This document shows positions 51,952 through 63,212 of a stretch of 64,000 nucleotides of DNA, piece by piece. The position numbers and the translations under genes are program-made. Below the pieces are notes generated by a model that was not told where the DNA came from, ran no database searches, and worked only from the letters and a program-made list of their open reading frames with translations. How positions within the stretch are numbered: position 1 is the first letter of the stretch; every line of letters begins with the position of its first letter. The DNA is from Octopus sinensis (lineage: Eukaryota), in contig NC_042997.1 of assembly GCF_006345805.1 (NCBI RefSeq), positions 209,250,001 through 209,314,000 of the forward strand. The letters run 5' to 3'.

Positions 51952-52539
51952 AAATAAGAAAATGGAGGAATACACCTTAATCAATCATCATCTACCAGAT
52001 AATACCCATTCACATAATTTATTAACCAACTACATAGGAACATCCAGATCAAACACAAGAATACAGAACAAAACAGTACACATCAATGAGTAATATGATA
52101 CCATAAGTACAATACGTATAAATAAATATAGACTGTTTCAGCCATGTAGGTAAGAGTATCTCATTATGCTCATATTAGCCAGGTGTGTTAAGGTAATATG
52201 TGGTTATAAATGAGACACTTACAAATATATCCCAAGGCCTCTTCAGAGATTATAAAGTACAATTCAAATATGAATATTAGAGAAGGTACACATATACAAG
52301 AATAAGTACATATACATAATATACACATACATATAAGTGCATATACACATGCACCTACATCTATATAAGTATATACATAATAACATACATACATATAAGG
52401 TTACAGTTAGTCAAATCAATATATTAGAATATACATACATACACACATCCCCATGAAAGTGTACATATACAAAGTCCAGAGTTCATTGTATTAAGTTACA
52501 AGTTATCCCATAGAGGGTTACACTCACAACCCCTATCTC

Positions 52540-52581
<42 letters not shown>

Positions 52582-52814
52582 TATATATATATATATATAC
52601 ACACACACACATACTTACATACAGGAGACCAAAACCGGTCAAAACTGCAAAGAGGATCTGGAACTCGACTGAAGATAGAAAGCTCCAAATGACCTGTCCT
52701 TGTTTTTTCCTGTCCTTTTTTGTATCGTATAATGTTGTCTGGATGTTTTGTCGTCGCCTGTTACGTTCTCATTACATTTTTTGTTTTATTATATATATAT
52801 ATATATATATATGT

Positions 52815-53108
52815 GGGCGATGCCAGCGCCGCCTCGACTGGCTTCCATGCCGGTGGCACGTAAATTGCACCAATCCAACTGTGGCCGTTGCCAGCCTCGC
52901 CTGGCACCTGTGCAGGTGGCACGTAAAAAGCACCCACTACACTCATGGAGTGGTTGGCGTTAGGAAGGGCATCCAGCCGTAGAAACATTGCCAGATAAGA
53001 CTGGAGCCTGGTGCAGCCTTCTGGCTTCCCAGATCCCCGGTCGAACCGTCCAACCCATGCTAGCATGGAGAACGGACGTTAAACGATGATGATGATGATG
53101 ATGATGAT
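52815..53108 (+). mobile_element. RTE LINE 3' UTR fragment inserted at (TA)n
   Basis: Conserved block and (GAT)n tail. Confidence 0.85.
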
Positions 53109-53130
53109 ATATATATATATATGTCTTTGT

Positions 53131-53322
53131 AATCATAAATAAGGGCAAAAAGAGAAAAAATTTTCTTTGCCAATATGCTGAAAAATAGACGCTAAATCGT
53201 CTGACCTTATAAATACATGTAATAATATAAGTGAAAATATTTTATGTGGTCAGACGATTTAGCGTCTATTTTTCAGCATATTGGCAAAGAAAATTTTCTT
53301 CTTTTTGCCCTTATTTATGATT
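53131..53322. repeat. Inverted repeat with ~75-bp arms, related to the 62.4-63.1 kb element
   Basis: Arms 53131-53206 and 53248-53322; shares the ATAAATAAGGGCAAA terminus and a trailing motif. Confidence 0.85.
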
Positions 53323-53537
53323 GTATTTATAATTTTCACCTTAAAAGGTATTTGTCATATACTGGCCACTGAGAAACACATTAGTTGGTTCATCAGCTTT
53401 AGGATATTAGAATGTTGACTTGTTTATTTATCAAAACGACAACCATAATAACATACATATATACATTATAAAATTCAATATATATATATATCATCATCAT
53501 CATATTTAAAAAAGGAGATGTGGGACACGGGTTGTGA

Positions 53538-53844
53538 TATATAAAAAAGGAAATGAAGAAAATGCTGACAAAATAATTTAAGTAATTTAAGTAATTTAAT
53601 TAGGTGAAAGTTCTTTTTACCGGTTGCGCATTTGTTAGAGATAGAGTTCCTTTCTGATAGATTTTTTCCTCTTTTCCAGATAAGAGGAAAAAATCTATCA
53701 GAAAGGAACTCTATATCTCTTAAAAAAATATCTTTTGATAAGCATAACAAATGCGCAACCGGTAAAAAGAACTTTCACCTAATTAAATTACTTAAATTAC
53801 TTAAATTATTTTGTCAGCATTTTCTTCATTTCCTTTTTTATATA
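53538..53844. repeat. Nested double hairpin (100-bp outer arms, 33-bp inner arms)
   Basis: Outer arms 53538-53637/53745-53844; inner arms 53641-53673/53682-53714; arms appear perfect. Confidence 0.92.
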
Positions 53845-54094
53845 TATATATACAACAAGAAATAATATTTGTCCCTTCTTATAGAAACAAAAGGGTTTAT
53901 AGGACTGCAAAAGAAGGGCCCAAATATAAATGAGACGAAGACAAAGAAGCATTGGTTATGGAACAAACACTTTATGTATATGCATTATTTTTTTTATGTG
54001 TTTTTTTTATATATGATCAAATGTTTGAGGGGTGTATATTGTATATAAAGTCGTTGACCCAAATTTAATGTTTGTTCCATAACCAATGCTTCTT

Positions 54095-54128
<34 letters not shown>

Positions 54129-54152
54129 TACACACACACACACACACACACA

Positions 54153-54480
54153 GATGCAGGAGTGGCTGTGTGGCAAGAAGCTTGCTTCCCAACTACATGG
54201 GTTCAGTCCCACTGCGTGGCACCTTCGGCATGTGTCTTCTACTATAGTCTTGGGCTGACCAAAGCCTTGTGAGTGGAGATAGTAGATGGAAACTGAAAGA
54301 AGCCCATCGCTTGACAACTGATATTGATGCGTTTACGTCCGTATAACTTAGCTGTTCGTAAAAAGAAATCGATAGAATTAGTACCAGGCTTACAAACAAT
54401 AAGTCCTGGGGTTGATTTGTTCGATTAAAGACGGTGCTCCAACATGGCCACAGTCAAATGACTGAAACAAATGAAATAAA
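54153..54480 (+). mobile_element. SINE family A (central microsatellite deleted)
   Basis: Head and tail match. Confidence 0.85.
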
Positions 54481-54588
54481 AAATTAAATAAATACATACA
54501 TACATATATATGCACACACATACATACACATACATGCAAGTGTGTGTGTGTGTGTGTGTGTGTATCTCTCTATCTATTTATATACATA

Positions 54589-55860
54589 TATCAGAAATGA
54601 AATGTCTGATTTTGAACTGAAAGTTTATTTAAATTTATCTCAACAAAAACCAATGCAGTTAAAGTATGTACCTAAATTGTCAAAACAATTTTGCCAATTT
54701 ACTGAGAGCTGATTTAATCTGGCAGCGAAGAATTCTGGAGAACAAGAGGAGATGAAGTCAAGAAAGGCTGTTTTTGCATCTTCTTCAGATTTGAAGTTTT
54801 TTCTTGCAAAATGTTGTCTAATGCCTGGAAAACGTGAGAGTCAGTTGGTGCAAGGTCTGGTGAATATGGTGGATGACAGAGGACTTACAAGTTCAGTTCC
54901 TGTAACTTGAGTAGCGTTTTTGTGCAACATGTGGTTGAGCATTGTCTTGCAAGAGAATTGACCTGTCTCTATTGACCAATCTCGGTTGTTTAATTGCAAG
55001 TTCACTCATCATTTCATCCAATTGGTTGATGTATACATCCACTGTAATTGGCTTACCAGGTCTCGTGAAGCTGTAGTGGATGACACCAGCACTGGACCAC
55101 CAAACAGATACCGTTAGCTTTTTTTTGGTGAATATTCTTCTTTTGGATTGTGTTTTGGCCTGTATCCAACCAACCACCATGCAGAACGCTTGCTATTCTT
55201 GAAAAGAATCCATTTTTTATCACACATGACAATATCATGCAAAAATGGTTTGCTTTTATGCTGTGACAGTAAAGAACAGCAAGTTTCAAGATGACATGTC
55301 TTTGATGCCCATTCAGTTCGTTTGGTACCCACTTGTCCAGCTTCTTTACCTTGCTGATTTGTTTCAGATGGTCCAATATAGTTGGAATTGAAACCTCAAA
55401 CCTTGTTGCTAACTCACATGTAGTTTGAGATATATCTGCTCTGCTACAGTTTCCAGCTCATCATTATCCTCCTTGGTCTCAGGTCTACCATGGGGCTGAT
55501 TTTCAAGAGTAAAGTCACTAGACCGGAACTTCTCAAACCATTGACATACAACGCATTCACTCACCACATCTTCACCAAACACATCATTGATGTTTTGAGC
55601 TGTCTGGGATGCATTGGTTCCATGATGGAACTCATATTCATAAACCACACAAATTTTTTATCTATCCACAGGTTCACAAAAATTGATTTACAAGAGAAAA
55701 CTCACAATATAATCAGACACCATGAATTGCATTTCAAAAATGGATGATGTAACTCTTCAATGTTGCAAAACAAAGAATTGTCAGGATAAAACATCAGAGT
55801 TAACGACTGTCAAACTTGGTGCATAAAAAAAAACTGGACATTTCATTCTTAAAGACCTGA
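54589..55860 (-). pseudogene. Mariner element with a decayed transposase
   Basis: YEFHHGTNASQTAQNINDVFG...WFEKFRSSDFTLENQPHGRP; KLDKWVPNEL; VWWSSAGVIHY...ILLQDNAQPH; partial TIRs GAATGAAATGTC at both ends. Confidence 0.92.
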
Positions 55861-55938
55861 TCTATATAACCAGCCAAAACTCCTGAGAAGATCCGGAACT
55901 CGACTGAAGATAGAAAACTCCAAATGACCTGTCCTTGA

Positions 55939-56266
55939 TTTTTCTTGTTCCTTTTTGTATTGCCTATCTGTCTGGATGTTTTGTTGTCGCCTATTGCGTT
56001 CTTGTTCAATTTTTTGTATTCTTATATATATATATATATATATATAAATATATATATGTATACTATATAATATATTAAATTAGAGATAAAACCACTATTA
56101 GGCAAATCAAACAATGAAAAACTTAAGCCAATACATAAAATTAATTGATTATATTTTTATATTATTTAATATAATATAATATTTTTTCTTGTTCCTTTTT
56201 GTATTGCCTATCTGTCTGGATGTTTTGTTGTCGCCTATTGCGTTCTTGTTCAATTTTTTGTATTCT

Positions 56267-56310
<44 letters not shown>

Positions 56311-56680
56311 ACTATATAATATATTAAATTAGAGATAAAACCACTATTAGGCAAATCAAACAATGAAAAACTTAAGCCAATACATAAAATTAATTGATTT
56401 ATATTTTTATATTATTTAATATAATATAATATTTTTTCTTGTTCCTTTTTGTATTGCCTATCTGTCTGGATGTTTTGTTGTCGCCTATTGCGTTCTTGTT
56501 CATTTTTTGTATTCTTATATATATATATATATATATATATAAATATATATATGTATACTATATAATATATTAAATTAGAGATAAAACCACTATTAGGCAA
56601 ATCAAACAATGAAAAACTTAAGCCAATACATAAAATTAATTGATTTATATTTTTATATTATTTAATATAATATAATATTT
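55939..56680. repeat. Three near-identical tandem copies of a ~245-250-bp composite unit
   Basis: Units start at about 55939, 56183 and 56433 and differ mainly in (TA)n length. Confidence 0.92.
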
Positions 56681-56758
56681 TACTATAAAATTGGATTCAA
56701 TCCTAAATCTGATTTTTCCCTGTAAGTTTGGATTTATTCCCTAATATTTTATTATATA

Positions 56759-56789
<31 letters not shown>

Positions 56790-56800
56790 CTATATATATA

Positions 56801-57095
56801 AGATACTGCAATAGACTGGGCTTCAGAGGTCCACAGCTCTTCAATATCTTCCCAAAGGACGAGAGAGACCTGCATGGGGTGGATGCAGATGTCTTCAAAA
56901 TAAAGCTGGACCTCTTCCTGTTGGGTGTCCCAGATGAACCAACTTCACGGCAGGAGGTGCAGATGAGGGCAGCTGCATCAAACTATCTCATGCACCAAAT
57001 GTCAATTGCTAAAAAGCATTCGTAAAGTAACACCGAATGGCGGAGCCCCAGCATGGCCACAGCTCGTGAGATGAAACTAGATGAAATGAAATGAA
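56801..57095 (+). mobile_element. CR1-like LINE 3' fragment (ORF2 C-terminus, 3' UTR, (GAAAT)n tail)
   Basis: 56801-57025 is open: RYCNRLGFRGPQLFNIFPKDERDLHGVDADVFKIKLDLFLLGVPDEP...RAAASNYL*, matching the CR1-type GPxLFNxLP...FKxKLDxFL ending. Confidence 0.8.
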
Positions 57096-57200
57096 TATAT
57101 ATATATATATATGTATACAAAATGGGACAAGAACGCAAAACATCCAGACAGACAATACAAAGAAAACAAGGACGGGTCATTCGGAATTTTCTTTCCTCAA

Positions 57201-57235
<35 letters not shown>

Positions 57236-57333
57236 ACGGGAAGCTTTATGAAAATAAACAAAAGACGAAGGCAGGTGGAAAACAAACGAACAATTGTATT
57301 AGTATGGCGCTCAGGAAATATAAATAAAACAAG

Positions 57334-57371
57334 TCTTTAACGTTTCGAGCCTATGCTCTTCAACAGAAAGA
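57334..57371 (-). ncRNA. Hammerhead-like motif, second copy of the CUGUUGA variant family
   Basis: UCUUU CUGUUGA A GAGC AUAG GCUC GAAA CGU U AAAGA. Confidence 0.6.
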
Positions 57372-57447
57372 TACACAGAGAGAGAAAAACACAGAAAGAA
57401 GGAGAGAAAAAAAATGCGTGCAGTAGCTAACGAATATATATATATAT

Positions 57448-57794
57448 ACTAGCACTACGACCCGGCGTTGCCGGGTCGTAGTGCTAGTGCATGCATATAC
57501 AGCTGCATGCGTGCGCACATACACGCAAGTACTGTCCAAATCTCCGACCAATCACATACAGCTAGCTGGTATCCAATTGGCGTATCAAGTTTCGGGCATT
57601 TTGATTGGGTTTTGGATAGAAAATTCACAAAAAAGTCACTTCTATTGATTTTTTAATGGCTTTGCGGGGTGACTGGGGAAATGTAAAGATGTGCACGACC
57701 ACCTTGGACGGTTTTGAATGACCATAGAAAGTGCGAGCCCTCTAACTGAAAAATTGTGGATTTGTATAAAGGACACACATGCAGACATTTTGCC

Positions 57795-57830
<36 letters not shown>
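57448..57830 (-). mobile_element. Non-autonomous Helitron-like element
   Basis: The minus-strand 3' end has the hairpin CCCGGC-AAC-GCCGGG and ends CTAG|T; the 5' end is TC..TATATATAAA-like. Confidence 0.7.
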
Positions 57831-57831
<1 letters not shown>

Positions 57832-58409
57832 GAGAGACACACACACACATATGTGTGTGCGTGCACATACACATATTTTTCCTTCCTGTTTCCCACCACC
57901 TCTTCATTCCACAACATGCTGCTCCATAAACACTGTTGCTTTTGATAATTGTAGACTCTGGCATCATATATGTAAGTGTGTGTGTGTGTGTGCGTGTGTG
58001 TGTTTATTATAAACTGTGTCAAGGTAGACAGACATATACTAATATTGTATCACACTGAAAAAAAATCAATAGCCTAGTTAGACTTATCCTACTTATTGCA
58101 GGAAGCACAAAATGAAAACTCGAAATAATTATGCAGTGGAAAAAACACATATAGTCATCAACTAGTATGGGTTTAAGTGTGTGTGTATAAATATACAATC
58201 GGACTTTTGTCAGTGAACAGGTCACGGTTTCAAAGCAACGAAAATATTTTGACACAAATTAAATTTAAATGTTGAAGTGAATCTAACGGTTTTTGTGTGT
58301 TTTTAAATGGCTTATAAACACCTTCCATGCTGCAATTGTTTTTGTTTCAGCACACGATCTCAGATCAGGTCACTTGCTATGCAAGTACATCTCCCTATAT
58401 ATATATATA

Positions 58410-58712
58410 TGTATGTCAATGTCAGGTCTGCTTGACTGGCCCCTGTGCTGGTGGCACATAAAAGGCACTGTCTGAATGTGGTTGATGCCATGTCCGCCTG
58501 ACTGGCTCCTGTGCCAGTGGCACATAAAAAGCACCCGTTACACTCACGAAGTGGTTGGCGTTAGGAGGGGCATCCAGCTGTAGAAACTTTGCCAGATCAG
58601 ACTGGAGCCTGGTGCAGCTTCCTGGCTTGCCAGTCCTCAGTCGAACTGTCCAACCCATGCCAGCATGGAAAGCATACATTAAACAACACCGATGATGATG
58701 ATGATGATGAGG
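58410..58712 (+). mobile_element. RTE LINE 3' UTR fragment
   Basis: Conserved block and tail. Confidence 0.82.
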
Positions 58713-58902
58713 AGGAGGATCTGATCAAAGACTTTGCAATTCAAAAAAGTAGGAGGAAACTTTTCAAATCTAAACAAAATGGAAGGATACAAAAATAAAC
58801 ACTGTTTTCCATCTTAATGCTAGCTTTAAATCCTTAAAAATCCTTTAAAATGTCTCAGCCTGAAAGCTGCGGCCATGCTGGGGCACCACTGTTAAGTAAT
58901 GG

Positions 58903-59000
58903 AATGCTTACAGCACCTAGGTCTCCTAAGTACTAACTAGGCTCGTCGTTGCTTAACTTTGGTGATCGGACGAGAACCGGTGCTTTCAACGTGATTTTGG
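58903..59000 (-). pseudogene. 5S rRNA-derived sequence (5' clipped, internal deletion in the C-box region)
   Basis: Minus strand ATCACGTTGAAAGCACCGGTTCTCGTCCGATCACCAAAGTTAAGCAACGACGAGCCTAGTTAGTACTT...GGTGCTGTAAGCATT closely follows the metazoan 5S rRNA consensus. Confidence 0.92.
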
Positions 59001-59793
59001 AAAATATAAAAATCTATTTCATGGTTTACGTTTTGAATTACATATATGTGGTAGCGGGGGGGGGGGGGGTTACCAAAATCTTTCAAGTGTTTAAGACATG
59101 TACAAGTCTTAATCCAGCGCTGAATGCAAAGATATTTCAGGTTAAAATGGGTTAACCGTGACACACATAGTTTGTATCTGGCAATTGTAACCAAATAAAC
59201 CCTTACCCCACCCGTATCCCACCCGGCATCATTCTATCTCAACCCGTCACTTCACTGTATAATATTCCACTACTATCATCGTTATACCATTTCCGACAGA
59301 TATTAAATGCCAAACTTTCACAGCTCCTCTCTTACTTAATCTCCAGGTGACAATTCTATCGAGATTATTTTAGCTGGTGGCACTTATAATCACCAAAGAT
59401 ATCTTTTTCCCTATCTTCTCTGCTGATTCCAGTGTTGCCAGACATATGTCAAATTCCTTCCACCGATCTCTCACGTAACACGATATCGCTGTGTTGTCGA
59501 TATTTTATTTCTCAGCGTGAAAGTAGATCAAAAAAGGGACAGGTGCATTTTATGTTTATACGTGTGTGTGTGTGTGTGTGTATGTCCCATTTAAGTGAAA
59601 ATGGATCTTTCCCCTTCCCTCCTTCCCTCTCCTTCTCTTATATGTATGTGTGTATCTGTGTGAGGGTGTGTGTGTGTGAGTGTATTGTATAACCCATGCC
59701 AACATGGAAAGCAGATGTTGAATTGTGATGATCATAATATACATGCATTTGTATACGCATGCATACATGTGTATCTATATATATACATACATA

Positions 59794-59800
<7 letters not shown>

Positions 59801-59829
<29 letters not shown>

Positions 59830-61560
59830 TGTATGTATGTATGTATGTATGCATGTATGTATGTATGTATGTATGTATGTATGTATGTATGTATGTATGT
59901 ATGCATGTATGTATGTATGTATGCATGTATGTATGTATGTATGTATGTATGCATGTATGTATGTATGTATGTATGTATGTTTGTATGTATGTATGTATGC
60001 ATGTATGTATGTATGCATGTATGTATGTATGTATGCATGTATGTATGTATGTATATATGTATGTATGCATGTATGTATGTATGTATGCATGTATGTATGT
60101 ATGTATGTATGTATGTATGTATGTTTGTATGTATGTATGTATGTATGTATGTATGTATGCAGTATGTATGTATGTATATTGTATGTATGCATGTATGTAT
60201 GTATGTATGTATGTATGTATGTATGTATGTATGTATGTATGTATATATGTGTGCATGTTATGTATGTATGTATGTATGTATGTATGTATGCATGTATGTG
60301 GTATGTATGCTGTTATGTATGTATGTATTATTTAGTATGTAATGTTGTATGTATGTATGTATGCATTATGTATGTATGTATGTATGCATGTATGTATGTA
60401 TGTATGTATATGTATGTATGTATGCATGTATGTATGTATGCATGTATGTAGTATGTATGTATGTAGTATGCATGTATGTATGCATGTATGTATGTATGCA
60501 TGTATGTATGTATGCATGCATGTATGTATGTATGCATGTATGTATGCATGTATGTATGTATGTATGTATGTATGCATGTATGTATGTATGTATGTATGTA
60601 TGTATGCATGTATGTATGTATGTATGTATTGTATTGTATGTATGAATGTATGTACGTATGCATGTATGTATGTATGTATGTATGTATGTATGTATGCATG
60701 TATGTATGCATGTATGTATGTATGCATGTATGTATGTATGCATGCATGTATGTATGTATGTATGTATGCATGTATGTATGTATGCATGTATGTATGTATG
60801 TATGTATGTATGTATGTATGTATGTATGCATGTATGTATGTATGTATGTATGTATGCATGTATGTATGTATGTATGTATGTATGTATGTATGTATGTATG
60901 CATGTATGTATGTATGCATGTATGTATGTATGTATGTATGTATGTATGTATGCATTATGTATGCATGTATGTATGTATGCATGTTATGTATGTATGTATG
61001 TATGTATGTATGTATGTATGTATGTATGTATGCATGTATGTATGTATGTATGTATGTATGTATGCATGTATGTATGTATGTATGCATGTATGTATGCATG
61101 TATGTATGTATGTATGCATGCATGTATGTATGTATGTATGTATGTATGTATGTTTGTATGTATGTATGCATGTATGTATGTATGTATGTATGTATGTATG
61201 CATGTATGTATGTATGTATGCATGTATGTATGTATGTATGAATGTATGTATGTATGTATGTATGTATGTATGCATGTATGTATGTATGTATGCATGTATG
61301 TATGTATGTATGAATGTATGTATGTATGTATGCATGTATGTATGTATGTATGCATGTATGTATGTATGTATGTATGTATGTATGTATGTATGCATGTATA
61401 TATGTATGTATGCATGTATGTATGTATGTATGCATGTATGTATGTATGTATGAATGTATGTATGTATGTATGTATGTACGTATGTATGTATGTATGTATG
61501 CATGTATGTATGCATGTATGTATGTATGTATGCATGTATGTATGTATGTATGCATGTATG

Positions 61561-61594
<34 letters not shown>

Positions 61595-62095
61595 TGCATG
61601 TATGTATGTATGTATGCATGTATGTATGTATGTATGTATGCATGTATGTATGTATGTATGCATGTATATATGTATGTATGCATGTATGTATGTATGTATG
61701 CATGTATGTATGTATGTATGAATGTATGTATGTATGTATGTATGCATGTATGTATGTATGTATGCTGTAATGTATGTATGTATGGGTGTTATGTATGTAT
61801 GTATGTATGTATGTTGTATGAATGTATGTATGTAGTATTAGTATGCATGTATGTTGTATGTATGCATGTATGTATGTATGTATGCATGTATGTATGTATG
61901 TATGTATGTATGTATGTATGCATGCATGTATATATGTATGTATGCATGTTGTATGTATGTATGCATGTATTATGTATGTTCTGTATGTATGTATGTATGC
62001 ATGTATGTATGTATGTATGCATGTATTTATGTATGTATGTGTATGTATGTATGTATGCATGTAATGTATGTAGTATGTATGTATGTATGTATATA
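59801..62095. repeat. (TATG)n array of about 2.3 kb with interspersed CATG variants
   Basis: Seen directly. Confidence 0.98.
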
Positions 62096-62114
62096 TATAT
62101 ATATATATAATCAA

Positions 62115-62415
62115 TCATCATCATCATCGTTTAACGTCCGTTCTCCCATGCGAGCATGGGTTGGACGGTCGACCGGGTTCTGGGAAGCCAGAAGGCTGCA
62201 CCAGGCTCCATCTAATCTGGCAATGTTTCTCTACAGCTGGATGCCCTTCCTAACGCCAACCACTCCGTGAGTGTAGTGGGTGCTTTTTACGTGCCACCTG
62301 CACAGGTGCCAGCAAGGCTGGCAATGGCCACGGTCGGATTGGTGTATTTTACGTGCCACCGGCACGGAAGCCAGTCGAGGCAGTGCTGGCATCGGCCACG
62401 GGTCGGATAGTGCTT
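62115..62415 (-). mobile_element. RTE LINE 3' UTR fragment
   Basis: (CAT)n tail and conserved block. Confidence 0.85.
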
Positions 62416-62562
62416 TAACTTATAAATAAGGGTAAACGAAAAAATTTCTAATGCCAAATATGCCGAAAATTGGACATATTGTCCATTTACCATATAATTT
62501 TTTTCCCAGTACGCACGCTACTCGAAAAAAGGTCGACAGAAATCTCTATAAAATTTCATTAT

Positions 62563-62620
62563 TACCATATCGGACCGATTTCAGGGTTAGTTCAAAAAGA
62601 ACCCTCCCTTCGTCAATAAG
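62563..62620 (-). ncRNA. Hammerhead-like motif (C3U variant), left arm
   Basis: UUGACGA AGGG..CCCU GAAA UCGG U CCGA U A UGGUA. Confidence 0.5.
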
Positions 62621-62891
62621 GGCAAACAAATTTAACCTTTAAAGGTATTTTTTAATATGCTGGCCATTGATAAAATTTTTTTTAGAAAAAATTTTATCCT
62701 GCATTAGATATAAATTTAAGTGTTCACTTCTGGACTCTCCCACTCTGTGAGTGCCTCAGTTCAAATCGCACATGTCTTGAAATGGGCTGGAGTATTTTGG
62801 ATTTATTTGGGGTACTTAGTTGTGCACATGACTTAGTGTTTGCTTCTTCCATGGGTATGAGTAAGTATTTCATTTATTTCTTTGCCACATG

Positions 62892-62949
62892 TATTACTGA
62901 CGAAGGGAGGGCTGTTATAAGCTAACTCTGAAATCGGTCCGATATGGTA
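62892..62949 (+). ncRNA. Type I hammerhead motif, right arm
   Basis: UAUUA CUGACGA AGGG..CUCU GAAA UCGG U CCGA U A UGGUA. Confidence 0.65.
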
Positions 62950-63177
62950 ATAATGGAATTTTATAGAGATTTCTGTCAACCTTTTTTTGAGTAGCGTGCG
63001 TATTGTGAAAAATTATATGGTTACGGACACTGTGTCTAATTTCGGCATATTTGGCATTTGAAATTTTTTCGTTTGCCCTTATTTATAAGTTGTTTATAAT
63101 TTAACCTTTAATGGTATTTTTTAATATGCTGGCCATTGATAAAATTTTTTTTCGAAAAAATTTTATCCTACATTAGA

Positions 63178-63211
<34 letters not shown>

Positions 63212-63212
<1 letters not shown>

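Larger units (their letters stand above)
62417..63091. mobile_element. Inverted-repeat element (~200-bp arms), each arm ending internally in a hammerhead motif
   Basis: Arms about 62417-62616 and 62897-63091. Confidence 0.85.

Noticed and set aside
55890-55937. CTGAAGA...GAC-CT-GTC-C motif (also at about 52668 and 57175-57205) as a sixth hammerhead family
   Set aside because: It lacks a proper GAAA (reads CAAATGA or GAATGA) and stem II is poor. It may be a decayed relative but cannot be supported.
58903-59000. Functional 5S rRNA gene
   Set aside because: 5' clipped, internal deletion in the C-box region, no tandem array, and fused to a retroposon tail.
59638-62127. Many long MYVC/HTYI ORFs
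   Set aside because: Translations of (TATG)n.
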